From an uncultured Planctomycetaceae bacterium (GTDB lineage: Bacteria > Planctomycetota > Planctomycetia > Pirellulales > Pirellulaceae), in assembly GCA_963934735.1 (NCBI GenBank), contig CAWVZW010000002.1, positions 3,919-67,918 on the forward strand: a stretch of 64,000 nt of DNA, given 5' to 3'. This document shows, piece by piece, positions 47,311 to 56,946 of the stretch. The translations under genes and the position numbers were made by a program. The notes beneath the pieces are model-generated. The model was not told the DNA's origin and ran no database searches. It saw only the letters and a program-made list of their open reading frames with translations. Within the stretch, counting starts at the first letter, position 1; each line of letters begins with the position of its first letter.

Positions 47311-48987
47311 ATGAACGTCGCCGACCTATTACATCAACATGCCCTGCAACGGGGATCATCGATGGCCTTGGCAGAACCGATCGCCAAAAAATGGGATCGC
47401 AGCGAATTGCCTCTTGATGAGCGTTATCACTGTATGACTTTTGCAGAACTCGATGAAGATAGTTCACGCTTAGCCGCTGGATTGCTAGAACACGGGGTCC
47501 TACCCGGAACCCGTATGGCGTTGATGATTCCTCCGAGCTTGGAATTCATATCTTGGGTTTTTGCACTATTCAAAGCTGGTGTTGTTACCGTGCTCATCGA
47601 TCCGGGCATGGGCCGTAAAAACATGATTGATTGCCTACAACGAGTTCAAACCGAAGGATTTATCGGTATCAGCTTAGCCCAGGCACTGCGGGTTGTGATG
47701 CGCCATAAATTTCCCTTGGCAAAAACCAACGTCACCGTTGGCCGCCGTTGGTTTTGGGGAGGTCCCACTGCGGACCAACTGCGGCGTACGTCGCTTGATG
47801 CTTTCCAGAGTTTTCAAGCGAACCCAAGTGATCCGGCAGCGATTATCTTCACAACCGGAAGCACAGGGCCACCGAAAGGTGTCCATTACTGTCACGAAAA
47901 CTTCTATCAACAAGCCGTTCAAATCCAAAACCATTATGACATCCAACCCGGTGAAAGCGACTTGCCCGCGTTCCCGCTGTTTGGCCTGTTTAACGCCGCC
48001 ATGGGAGTCGCCACAGTATTCCCTGTAATGGATCCCACGCGTCCAGCACACGTCAAACCGCAGAACATTATCGGTCCGATTCAGGATTGGAAAATCAGTC
48101 AATCGTTTGGGTCACCAGCGTTGTGGGACGTGGTGGGGCGATACTGTGAAGAACAAGACATTCAATTGCCCTCACTCAAACGAATCCTCTCCGCCGGTGC
48201 TCCGGTTCCAAGTCGCGTGCTGCGGCAAATGTGTGCTGCGATGCCATCCGATGGTGAAATGTTTACCCCTTACGGCGCTACAGAAGCATTACCTGTTGCA
48301 TCCATCTCGGCTAGCGAAGTACTTCAAGAGACAGCCGCACTCACGCAACAAGGGCGCGGTACTTGCGTCGGTAAGCAGTTTTCTGGGATTCAATGGCAAG
48401 TCATTGAAATTGACGACGAGGCGATACCATCTATCGATAAGGCAAAACCGGTGGAAACAGGAACCATTGGTGAACTAATTGTCCAAGGCCCAGTCGTGAC
48501 TTCGCATTACGTGACACATGACGAGGAAACACGGATGCATAAAATCTCCGACGGTGACAATTTCTGGCACCGCATGGGTGATGTCGGCTACCTCGATGGC
48601 GATCATCGATTTTGGTTCTGTGGTCGTAAGACGCACCGCGTACAACTCGCTGACAAAACCCTTTTTAGTATTCCTCTTGAAGCGATCATCAATCAACATC
48701 CGGCTGTTTACCGCAGCGCACTGGTAGGTGTCAAAGTTGACAACACAATGACTGCGGCCATCGTCGTACAGCGATGGGCTCGGGGACATGCAAATGACGA
48801 ATCGCAGGAAATTACCGACGCCCAATTGTCTCAGGACATCCTCGAGCTTGCTGCGAACAATCCGGCCGCCGCTGACATCCAATTTGTTCTAGTGATGGAT
48901 GAATTACCGGTCGACATCCGCCATAATGCCAAGATATTTCGCGAAAAAATTGCCCTCTGGGCCCAAGACCGCATCCCCACCGACTAG
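47311..48987 (+). CDS. AMP-dependent synthetase/ligase (fatty acyl-CoA/AMP ligase family; OleC-like)
   Basis: Adenylation core motif IIFTTGSTGPPKGV, YGATE and GDVGYLD. The ATG at 47311 is preferred because the ORF-track start at 47197 overlaps the preceding gene. Confidence 0.8.
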   Translation: MNVADLLHQHALQRGSSMALAEPIAKKWDRSELPLDERYHCMTFAELDEDSSRLAAGLLEHGVLPGTRMALMIPPSLEFISWVFALFKAGVVTVLIDPGMGRKNMIDCLQRVQTEGFIGISLAQALRVVMRHKFPLAKTNVTVGRRWFWGGPTADQLRRTSLDAFQSFQANPSDPAAIIFTTGSTGPPKGVHYCHENFYQQAVQIQNHYDIQPGESDLPAFPLFGLFNAAMGVATVFPVMDPTRPAHVKPQNIIGPIQDWKISQSFGSPALWDVVGRYCEEQDIQLPSLKRILSAGAPVPSRVLRQMCAAMPSDGEMFTPYGATEALPVASISASEVLQETAALTQQGRGTCVGKQFSGIQWQVIEIDDEAIPSIDKAKPVETGTIGELIVQGPVVTSHYVTHDEETRMHKISDGDNFWHRMGDVGYLDGDHRFWFCGRKTHRVQLADKTLFSIPLEAIINQHPAVYRSALVGVKVDNTMTAAIVVQRWARGHANDESQEITDAQLSQDILELAANNPAAADIQFVLVMDELPVDIRHNAKIFREKIALWAQDRIPTD

Positions 48988-49045
48988 TACTTTCTTTAAA
49001 GCAATAAAGAAATTTTGTGACTACGTGAGAACAGTAAAACCGATA

Positions 49046-49072
49046 TATTTAAAGTTGTATATACTTTAAATA
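49046..49072. promoter_or_regulatory. Perfect 10-bp inverted repeat TATTTAAAGT-N7-ACTTTAAATA in the AT-rich spacer upstream of the GYF gene
   Basis: Read directly from the sequence (49046-49055 and 49063-49072). It is AT-only, so more operator-like than terminator-like. A TTGACG hexamer follows at 49080. Confidence 0.5.
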
Positions 49073-49148
49073 ACAAGATGTTGACGATACTGAGACAAAC
49101 TTAAAAGCATCATTACTTCACATACAGGGTAGGATCTTAACTAGCACA

Positions 49149-50510
49149 ATGAGTACAGAGTGGTTTTACAAAATCGATGAACAGGAACACGGGCCAGTTG
49201 CGGGCAAGACGCTCAAACTGCTCGCGGAAGTGGGACAAATCACGCCTAACACACTCGTTCGCAAGTCCACTTCCAAGAGCTGGAACGAAGCACATCATGT
49301 CAAGCAGCTTTTTGACGCTCACAACTCCCACCCAAAAATTGACGCACCCCCAATAATTGGGCAGTCCGCAGATTCCCAACACGCCAAAACCTCGCCCGGA
49401 CAACCACCGCCACAAATACGTGCTGTTGCTGAACCCCCGACAATCATTCCTACCGCTAAATTAGCAACGGAATCCGATGTATTCGCGCCCCAAATCAATC
49501 TTGTTACCGCGCCTCATTTCGAGGAATCCGCTAAGAACGACAGTCCCAACCCGAATAATGCCGGTGACGGTGAAAATACAGAAAACAACAACCGGCGCCC
49601 TCTGACATTGGTCCTTTCCTTAGTCGGCCTTATCGTCCTAACAATTCCAACTGCGTGGTATTTATACAGTGAACCCACGACAACGGATGGGAATACGTCT
49701 ACTCAAGCGAACTATCCTCCGGCGCCCAACGCCAACCTCGCCAACACAGAAAACAGCCCCGATCATTCTCTGCTAATCAATAACGTATTTAGCAAACAGG
49801 CGCAATGGATCGATCCCACCAACGATCAATTCCAACTGACCCGCGACGCGCGACTATCAATCGCTCATGTTTGGCTAGATACACAACAAACTGAGCAACC
49901 CGTTCTTAATATTGTCATCAAAATTGAAAACCGCAATAGATCAACCGAGTTGTCGCTACAACGCCAATTTGCAAATCAAATCGCGATGAACCGCCCTAAT
50001 GAATTCAACCCCTACGTCCCGCTGATTCGCCTTGCCACCGGCGGCGGACAACTGCTTGACTCAGAAGCTAAACTCGTCAATCGTACAATTCCAGTGTCGA
50101 GTGAAATCAGTGAAACATATCAAATCGTACTTACGGTTGAGCAATCCGCTAAACTTGATCAATTGCGAGTTGCGGTGCCCAAAGCTTGGTTTAATAAATC
50201 AGGTTATTGGGGATTTGAGATTCCTCAAGTTATGATCACGACATCTAAACCGATAGAGGCTCCTGTGCAAATCGCCAGCGAGCCAAATCCGGCGAGTGGC
50301 AATCTCGTCGACATGCAATCTAGCGTTGTTGACGGCGAAGACAGCGTTGCCGACGGAAAAGGTGTGCTACCTCCATCGCCGTTCCGGAACGAAACTACCA
50401 AGGCAAAACCAAAAAACGGAGATCAGCCAACAACCATTCTGGATCTCCAGTCTCAAATAGACCTAGAAAAGAAACGGGTCCCTGAACCTCGCGGCGATGA
50501 GCCACAATAA
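49149..50510 (+). CDS. GYF_2-domain membrane protein of unknown function
   Basis: N-terminal WFYKIDEQEHGPV....L..L...G.I.PNTLV (GYF_2/DUF4339-like), a Pro-rich linker, one TM helix (LTLVLSLVGLIVLTIPTAWYLY) and a ~270-aa C-terminal domain. It overlaps the next gene by 14 nt. Confidence 0.5.
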   Translation: MSTEWFYKIDEQEHGPVAGKTLKLLAEVGQITPNTLVRKSTSKSWNEAHHVKQLFDAHNSHPKIDAPPIIGQSADSQHAKTSPGQPPPQIRAVAEPPTIIPTAKLATESDVFAPQINLVTAPHFEESAKNDSPNPNNAGDGENTENNNRRPLTLVLSLVGLIVLTIPTAWYLYSEPTTTDGNTSTQANYPPAPNANLANTENSPDHSLLINNVFSKQAQWIDPTNDQFQLTRDARLSIAHVWLDTQQTEQPVLNIVIKIENRNRSTELSLQRQFANQIAMNRPNEFNPYVPLIRLATGGGQLLDSEAKLVNRTIPVSSEISETYQIVLTVEQSAKLDQLRVAVPKAWFNKSGYWGFEIPQVMITTSKPIEAPVQIASEPNPASGNLVDMQSSVVDGEDSVADGKGVLPPSPFRNETTKAKPKNGDQPTTILDLQSQIDLEKKRVPEPRGDEPQ

Positions 50511-51537
50511 TCCGCAGAAGGGAAACGGTCCGTTGAAGGTATTGGTGACAGGCGCTGGAGGCTTTCTTGGCAGTGAAATTGCAATTCAGTTGCTGCGCCA
50601 GAACCATAGCGTCATTGGATTCTCAAGAGGTGCTTACCCCGCGTTAGAGAAGCAGGGGGTGCAGTGGATACATGGTGATATTCGCGACGCTGAGGCGATA
50701 CACCAGGCCTGCCGTAATGTAGATGTAATCATACATACCGCTGCCTTGCCGGGTGTTTGGGGTTCGTGGGATTCTTATTACCAAGTCAACACCGTCGGTA
50801 CCGAACAGGTAATCGCTGCCGCGCGTGCCCAAGCAGTCAAACAACTTATATACACAAGCAGTCCCAGTGTGACATTTGACGGAACGGACCAAGCAAATAT
50901 CCCAGAAGATGTCCCCTACCCCAGTTCGTGGCTTTGTCATTATCCGCACTCCAAAGCGATTGCTGAACAGGCAGTCCTCGCGGCAAATGGCCAAGACAAC
51001 CTCGCTACGTGCGCGTTGCGACCACATTTGATTTGGGGGGCAAATGATCCACATCTCATTCCGCGACTCATCCAACGCGGCAAGGCAGGTAAGTTGAGAA
51101 TCGTTGGCGACGGCACCAATCTCGTTGATATGGTACACGTTACCAATGCGGCCCACGCTCATCTTTGTGCCATCGACGCATTGAACAACAACCCCGCATC
51201 TCACGGCAAAGCATATTGGATTTCACAACAAGAACCGGTCAATTGTTGGGATTGGCTCAACGATTTACTACAATCCGCCGGTGTCCCGCCAATCAAAAAG
51301 AGAATTTCTAGCCGCACTGCTTATGTAGCGGGAGCGGTGCTAGAGGCCATCTACACAACGTTACGCATTGGTAGTGAACCTCGGATGACTCGATTTCTAG
51401 CAAAACAACTCTCGGCAGACCACTATTTTGATAATCGCCGCGCCCAAGAGTTGTTGGGATATTTCCCTATTGTTTCTACCGCACAAGCGATGGACGATCT
51501 CAAACAGGAGATTAGTCCCACAGCGAGTGAGTCTTGA
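50497..51537 (+). CDS. 3-beta-hydroxysteroid dehydrogenase/NAD-dependent epimerase family extended SDR (OleD-like)
   Basis: VLVTGAGGFLGSEI Rossmann motif and catalytic YPHSK (YxxxK); 346 aa. Confidence 0.8.
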   Translation: MSHNNPQKGNGPLKVLVTGAGGFLGSEIAIQLLRQNHSVIGFSRGAYPALEKQGVQWIHGDIRDAEAIHQACRNVDVIIHTAALPGVWGSWDSYYQVNTVGTEQVIAAARAQAVKQLIYTSSPSVTFDGTDQANIPEDVPYPSSWLCHYPHSKAIAEQAVLAANGQDNLATCALRPHLIWGANDPHLIPRLIQRGKAGKLRIVGDGTNLVDMVHVTNAAHAHLCAIDALNNNPASHGKAYWISQQEPVNCWDWLNDLLQSAGVPPIKKRISSRTAYVAGAVLEAIYTTLRIGSEPRMTRFLAKQLSADHYFDNRRAQELLGYFPIVSTAQAMDDLKQEISPTASES

Positions 51538-51653
51538 ATGATAAACAACCCACCTGCTCGCTTGCATAATTCAACGAATACGGATAATTTTAAGGATTAC
51601 CTGCCGTCAGGCAGTCATCGAGCAGTGTCCAACTCACGATCCCCTAAAGAAAC

Positions 51654-52919
51654 ATGACTCTAACGCACCATCAATTTACACCTCCCACCGTGTCCCGCAT
51701 TGTGTTAACAGGGATCGGACTGACAGCACCTAACGGTAATAATCTGCAAGACTATCGCGCAAACCTGCTCGCCGGAGTGAGTGGCGTTCAGGATTACGAA
51801 ATTCGCTATGTTGGAAAAACACTAGCTGGCATTTGTGACTTTGATGCGCTCAAACATCAAAACCGACGAGAGATTCGACGCGGCACACGAGCTGGCAGTA
51901 TTGCAATCTACTGTTGCAACGAAGCCATCGCTAACAGCCAAATCGACTGGGAACAAGTCGATCGCTCTCGCACAGGCATTTACCTTGGCGTCACCGAACA
52001 TGGAAATGTTGAGACTGAAAATGAAATCTATGAACTCAGCCAGTATGATTACGACGTAAGCGTCTGGAATCACTTTCATAATCCGCGTACAGTCGCCAAC
52101 AACCCAGCGGGCGAAGCTGCCTTAAATATGACAATCACTGGACCGCATTACACAATTGGTGCTGCCTGCGCCGCAGGCAACTCTGGTTTGATCCAAGGCG
52201 CTCAAATGCTGCAACTTGGTCAATGCGATGTCGCCCTTGCCGGTGGTGTCTCGGAAAGCATTCACACGTTTGGAATCTTTGCCAGTTTTAAGAGCCAAGG
52301 AGCGTTGGCAGAACATCCAGTTGCCCACGAAGCATCTCGTCCATTCGATGTCGACCGCACGGGTATCGTCGTTTCGGAAGGCGGTTGCGTCTATGTACTG
52401 GAACGATTAGACGATGCTGTGGCACGCGGTGCTCACATATACGGTGAACTCGTAGGATATTCTATCAACACTGACGCAACTGATTTCGTGCTTCCCAACC
52501 CGGAACGACAATCGCAATGTGTCCAAATCGCATTGGATCGAGCGGGCATTACGCCTGCGGATGTCGATATCCTCAGCACTCATGCCACCGGAACTAAAAG
52601 TGGCGATATTCAGGAAATCGCTGGGCTCAGAAAAGTATTCCAAGGAAATTCCAGTTGCTGCGTCAATAATACCAAGAGCTTTATCGGTCATACGATGGGT
52701 GCAGCCGGTGCGTTAGAACTAGCAGGAAATCTCCCCGCATTTGATGACAATATCTGTCATGCAACGATCAATGTTGATCAACTCGACGAGGAATGTGCTA
52801 TGGACGGACTCGTCCTAAATCAGCCCCAGACGTTAGAGACCGTTGACTATATAGTGAACAATTCGTTCGGAATGCTGGGAATCAATTCCACTGTGGTAAT
52901 AAAGAAATTCACCTCGTAA
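51654..52919 (+). CDS. Beta-ketoacyl-[ACP] synthase (FabF/FabB-like, catalytically complete)
   Basis: Active-site Cys in TIGAACAAGNSG, His in STHATGT, and Lys/His in NNTKSFIGHTMGAAG. Confidence 0.85.
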   Translation: MTLTHHQFTPPTVSRIVLTGIGLTAPNGNNLQDYRANLLAGVSGVQDYEIRYVGKTLAGICDFDALKHQNRREIRRGTRAGSIAIYCCNEAIANSQIDWEQVDRSRTGIYLGVTEHGNVETENEIYELSQYDYDVSVWNHFHNPRTVANNPAGEAALNMTITGPHYTIGAACAAGNSGLIQGAQMLQLGQCDVALAGGVSESIHTFGIFASFKSQGALAEHPVAHEASRPFDVDRTGIVVSEGGCVYVLERLDDAVARGAHIYGELVGYSINTDATDFVLPNPERQSQCVQIALDRAGITPADVDILSTHATGTKSGDIQEIAGLRKVFQGNSSCCVNNTKSFIGHTMGAAGALELAGNLPAFDDNICHATINVDQLDEECAMDGLVLNQPQTLETVDYIVNNSFGMLGINSTVVIKKFTS

Positions 52920-53153
52920 ATATCCTGCAACACCTTGTTTATCACTTATAGGTAGACATTCTAGGTTACACCCTCGAAATTACACCAAAGTGGATAAAAG
53001 AGCGACTGAAACCACTGGTTTTATCTAATAAACTCTGTAAGATTTATGGATTATACATATTCAGTGTGGCATGTCAGCCCACTTGCACTATCTTATATAC
53101 TGGTAGGTTGATATGTTTCTACAAACCATTTTCCGCCTCGGAGCGCAACGAGC

Positions 53154-53414
53154 ATGACACCTGCTGAAATTCGTGATGCAGTCCTAAAAATACTCATTAC
53201 CATTAATCCGGATGAGGACTTGTCATCATTGGATGACGAACAAGATTTCAAGAGTCAACTGGAAATGGACAGTATGGACTTCCTCGATATTGTGATGGAA
53301 CTGCGGAAGCGTTATGGTGTTAAAGTTCCCAACGAGGACTACGAACATTTGGAAAGCATGAACAAGACAGTTGCTTACCTTGAACCCAAGATGAAAGATA
53401 AACCAGCGGCATAA
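53154..53414 (+). CDS. Acyl carrier protein (discrete)
   Basis: 86 aa, acidic, with the phosphopantetheine attachment motif LEMDSMDFLDIV. Confidence 0.8.
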   Translation: MTPAEIRDAVLKILITINPDEDLSSLDDEQDFKSQLEMDSMDFLDIVMELRKRYGVKVPNEDYEHLESMNKTVAYLEPKMKDKPAA

Positions 53415-53416
53415 TC

Positions 53417-54808
53417 ATGTACGATTCGATCATTATTGGCGCAGGCATGTCAGGCTTAGCCGCCGGTATCCGATCAGCGTACTATGATCAAAAGGTCTGC
53501 ATTCTCGAACGCCATAACACAATCGGCGGATTGAACTCTTTTTATCGGCTCCGTGGCCGTAACTACGATGTCGGCTTGCACGCGGTCACCAACTTCACAC
53601 CGCGAGGAACACGCCGTGGCCCATTTGCTCGACTACTGCGACAACTGCGTTTAACGTGGGACGATTTTGGATTGTCGCCACAGCTAATGTCATCCATTTC
53701 GTTTCCCAACGTCGAACTCGCATTTGACAACAATATCGATCTGCTGCGAAGCGAAGTCGCTCGCGCTTTCCCCAATCAAATTGATAACTTCGAAAAGCTG
53801 ATGGACTCGCTCGTCGATTACGACGATCTTGAGCAAAGCCATTTTGAATTGTCGACCCGCGAACGACTGTCCGAGGTTATCACCGACCCACTGTTAATCG
53901 AAATGATTTTGTGTCCAGTGATGTGGTACGGTAACCCCCGTGAACATGACATGGACTACGGGCAGTTTTGCATTATGTTCCGCGCCCTATTCCTCGAAGG
54001 CTTAGCACGACCCTTTGATGGTGTCCGCTTGATCTTAAGAAAGCTCGTTCGTAAATTCCGCGAACTAGGTGGCGAACTAAAACTACGCACTGGAGTCCAA
54101 CAGATTAAAATCGATGAGGGCCGCGCCGTGGGTGTCATCTTGGATTGCGGTGACGAGATATCCGCAAAGAACATCTTAAGTAGCGTCGGCGCCGTTGAGA
54201 CATTCCGACTGTGTGACGATGAAGACATAACCCATGTTCACAAAACGGGCCAATTGTCCTTCGTAGAAGCTATCTCGACACTCGACACCTACCCCTTGGA
54301 GTTAGGGCACGATAAGACGATCATCTTTTTCAACGACTCGGACAAATTCCATTGGCAACGACCACTTGATGATCTTTGTGATATACGCACTGGCGTTATC
54401 TGTACGCCTAACAATTATTGCTATGATGCGTCCGATGGTGAACTCCCCGATGGGGTCATGCGAATTACCGCACTAGCGGACTTTAATCGTTGGAAAAATC
54501 TAAACAAAGACGACTACGACAAACAGAAGGAATTCTGGTTTAACAAAGTGGTAGATTCAGCTACCCAATTCGCACCGGATTACCGCGAACACACCATCGA
54601 CACAGATATGTTTACACCTCAAACAATCCAGCGATTTACTTCACACGACAACGGTGCAGTTTACGGCGCAACGCGCAAGTGGTTTGACGGTACGACGAAT
54701 TTCAAAAACCTCTTCTTGTGTGGTACGGATCAAGGGTTCGTGGGAATCGTGGGTTCCATTATCAGCGGTATCTCCATGGCGAATCATCATTTGCTAGGCG
54801 AAAATTAA
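53417..54808 (+). CDS. NAD(P)/FAD-dependent oxidoreductase, phytoene desaturase (CrtI)/amine oxidase superfamily
   Basis: N-terminal dinucleotide fold DSIIIGAGMSGLAAG...ILERHNTIGG, and a C-terminal LFLCGTDQG.VG motif typical of CrtI-type enzymes. It starts 2 nt after the ACP stop. Confidence 0.75.
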   Translation: MYDSIIIGAGMSGLAAGIRSAYYDQKVCILERHNTIGGLNSFYRLRGRNYDVGLHAVTNFTPRGTRRGPFARLLRQLRLTWDDFGLSPQLMSSISFPNVELAFDNNIDLLRSEVARAFPNQIDNFEKLMDSLVDYDDLEQSHFELSTRERLSEVITDPLLIEMILCPVMWYGNPREHDMDYGQFCIMFRALFLEGLARPFDGVRLILRKLVRKFRELGGELKLRTGVQQIKIDEGRAVGVILDCGDEISAKNILSSVGAVETFRLCDDEDITHVHKTGQLSFVEAISTLDTYPLELGHDKTIIFFNDSDKFHWQRPLDDLCDIRTGVICTPNNYCYDASDGELPDGVMRITALADFNRWKNLNKDDYDKQKEFWFNKVVDSATQFAPDYREHTIDTDMFTPQTIQRFTSHDNGAVYGATRKWFDGTTNFKNLFLCGTDQGFVGIVGSIISGISMANHHLLGEN

Positions 54809-54924
54809 GCGCCTCTCGCCTTCGCTATCACCCTAACGCTAAAACCAAAATGCAGTAGAATGTAACCTCGGCGGTATTCGCAACTACCGAGTGTTCGATA
54901 ACCTAATTCAAACCATTAATTCAC

Positions 54925-56340
54925 ATGCCTAAAGATTTTCTTGCCGGAGCCCAAGACGAATACGACGTGATCGTCATTGGCAGTGGTTTGGCTGGTCTCA
55001 CCGCCGCCAATATTCTTGGGTCGGCTGGCTATCAAGTGTTGCTCATCGAGCAACACTACAAACTGGGCGGAATGGCAACTTGGTTTAAACGACCCAGTGG
55101 GCACATATTTGATGTCTCACTACACGGGTTTCCATTCGGTATGAAAAAAAGCTGCCGTCGTTATTGGAGCCAAGAAATCGCGGACCGTATTATTCCACTG
55201 TTGGGCGTGCGGTTTGATAATCCACAATTTTCATTAACGACACCCTACGACCGTGAAAGTTTCACGGAACTGTTATCAAGCCAATTCGGAGTTGCACGTG
55301 AAACCGTGACGAAGTTTTTTGATGCAGCACGGAATATGAATTTTTACGACGAACAACAAATGACCACGGGCGAATTGTTTGAACAATTCTTCCCTGGTCG
55401 CCACGATATCATCCGGCTATTGATGGAACCCATTACGTATGCCAATGGATCAACTTTAGAAGACCCCGCTATCACCTACGGAATCGTGTTTTCTAACTTC
55501 ATGAAAAACGGCGTTTACACCTTCCAAGGTGGAACCGATATGCTCATCAACATGATGCATGACGAGTTAAAACGCAATAATGTGGATGTGCGAATCAAGT
55601 GCGGCGCAAAGAAAATTAATACCCGACGTGGTGCTGTTGAAAGTGTGGAAGTCAACGATCGCACAATCCGCTGCCGCAGTGTAGTTTCAAATGCCAATTT
55701 ACTGACGACAATCTTCAAAATGGTCGGGGAAGAAGTATTTGATAAAGATTACATCGATGACGCGCGAAATGTCCGACTAAACAATTCCAGCACGCAAGTC
55801 TATATGGCGCTTGCCGAAAACGATTCCATCGATCCCGCAACGGGCGACCTGCTCTTCAGCTCAACTGCCGACCGATTCGAGACAGATCTTTTATTGAGCC
55901 GTGATATTACTAGTCGCACATTTTCATTTTACTATCCCGGTACCCGACCCCATGCGAATCCACGGCACTTAATTGTGTCAAGCACCAATGCCAACTGGGA
56001 AGACTGGAAGCATTTGGATGAAGAGCAATACAAAGCGAGTAAAGAAGAACTTATCGACACCACTCTCGGAGCACTTGAAAAATACGTGCCCAACGCGCGA
56101 GAGCGAATCATTTTTGCCGAAGCATCTACGCCGCGTACTTTTGCCCATTACACGCAGCATCAAAACGGAGCTAGTTTTGGAACTAAATTTGAGGGCCTTG
56201 CGGTCAGTCGGGGCTTGCCCGAACAAATCAAAGGACTGTATCATGCCGGTAGCGTTGGCATCATTATGTCCGGCTGGCTTGGTGCAATAAACTATGGCGT
56301 TATCGTATCCAATGACGTGGATGCTCTATTAATGAAGTGA
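54925..56340 (+). CDS. NAD(P)/FAD-dependent oxidoreductase, phytoene desaturase (CrtI) family (second copy)
   Basis: [15 protein letters not shown]...[10 protein letters not shown], and a C-terminal GLYHAGSVG motif. Confidence 0.75.
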   Translation: MPKDFLAGAQDEYDVIVIGSGLAGLTAANILGSAGYQVLLIEQHYKLGGMATWFKRPSGHIFDVSLHGFPFGMKKSCRRYWSQEIADRIIPLLGVRFDNPQFSLTTPYDRESFTELLSSQFGVARETVTKFFDAARNMNFYDEQQMTTGELFEQFFPGRHDIIRLLMEPITYANGSTLEDPAITYGIVFSNFMKNGVYTFQGGTDMLINMMHDELKRNNVDVRIKCGAKKINTRRGAVESVEVNDRTIRCRSVVSNANLLTTIFKMVGEEVFDKDYIDDARNVRLNNSSTQVYMALAENDSIDPATGDLLFSSTADRFETDLLLSRDITSRTFSFYYPGTRPHANPRHLIVSSTNANWEDWKHLDEEQYKASKEELIDTTLGALEKYVPNARERIIFAEASTPRTFAHYTQHQNGASFGTKFEGLAVSRGLPEQIKGLYHAGSVGIIMSGWLGAINYGVIVSNDVDALLMK

Positions 56341-56434
56341 TTTGGAGCTGAATCGCGTGCCCCACAGAAGGTGCCGCAATTCCAAGGTACTAAATCGCTG
56401 TTTCCGTCTCACTAACCATTTTACCGATTACCCT

Positions 56435-56893
56435 ATGACCATCAAACAAATCCAAGCCGCAATTCCCCATCGTGCACCCATGCTATTGATTGACGAAGTG
56501 GTATCGCAGACCGATACCACAATCAGCTGCAAAAAGACATTTCGGGACGATGAGTTCTTTTTTCAAGGTCATTATCCTGGTCAACCAATCGTACCGGGAG
56601 TTATATTGTGCGAAGTTGGGATGCAAGCAGGTGCGCTGTTGCTCGCGGAGATTATCCAAGCTGCTGGGGGAGTTCAATCAGGCGATGAGCTAAGTGGTAA
56701 AGTTCCTGTTGCGACTCGACTGAATAATGTTAAATTCAAGAAGATCGTAAAACCTGGTGATACCGTTGAAATTGAAGTGACGCTTACAGACCAAGTGCAA
56801 GTCGCGTATTTTTTGACCGCACGGGTCACCGTTGACGGTAAGTTGGCTACTCGTTTTGACTTCGCCTGTACTATCGCCGACCCGCAAACCTAA
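56435..56893 (+). CDS. FabZ/FabA-type 3-hydroxyacyl-ACP dehydratase
   Basis: The ATG at 56435 gives [13 protein letters not shown]....[24 protein letters not shown], with catalytic His and Glu in a hot-dog fold. Confidence 0.8.
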   Translation: MTIKQIQAAIPHRAPMLLIDEVVSQTDTTISCKKTFRDDEFFFQGHYPGQPIVPGVILCEVGMQAGALLLAEIIQAAGGVQSGDELSGKVPVATRLNNVKFKKIVKPGDTVEIEVTLTDQVQVAYFLTARVTVDGKLATRFDFACTIADPQT

Positions 56894-56946
56894 GCAGCTT
56901 CAAAGTTCAATCGAAGACACCATCCTTAACCACCAAAGAACACACA

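Noticed and set aside
48991-49016. Hairpin TTTCTTT-N8-AAAGAAA followed by TTTT after the ligase gene as a terminator
   Set aside because: The stem is 7 bp of A/T pairs only and is thermodynamically too weak to call. The same applies to GGATTTA-TCGG-TAAATCC at 59188-59205, which also lacks a T-run.
47311-51537. Interpretation of the ligase + 3beta-HSD pair as a bona fide oleC/oleD olefin cluster
   Set aside because: No OleA (FabH-like thiolase) or OleB (alpha/beta hydrolase) is in the window. The two genes are separated by an unrelated GYF membrane protein. The resemblance is kept only as an analogy.
53067-53087. TGGCAT...TTGCA pair upstream of the ACP gene as a sigma-54 promoter
   Set aside because: The two boxes are separated by about 10 nt instead of 5, so the -24/-12 phasing is wrong.
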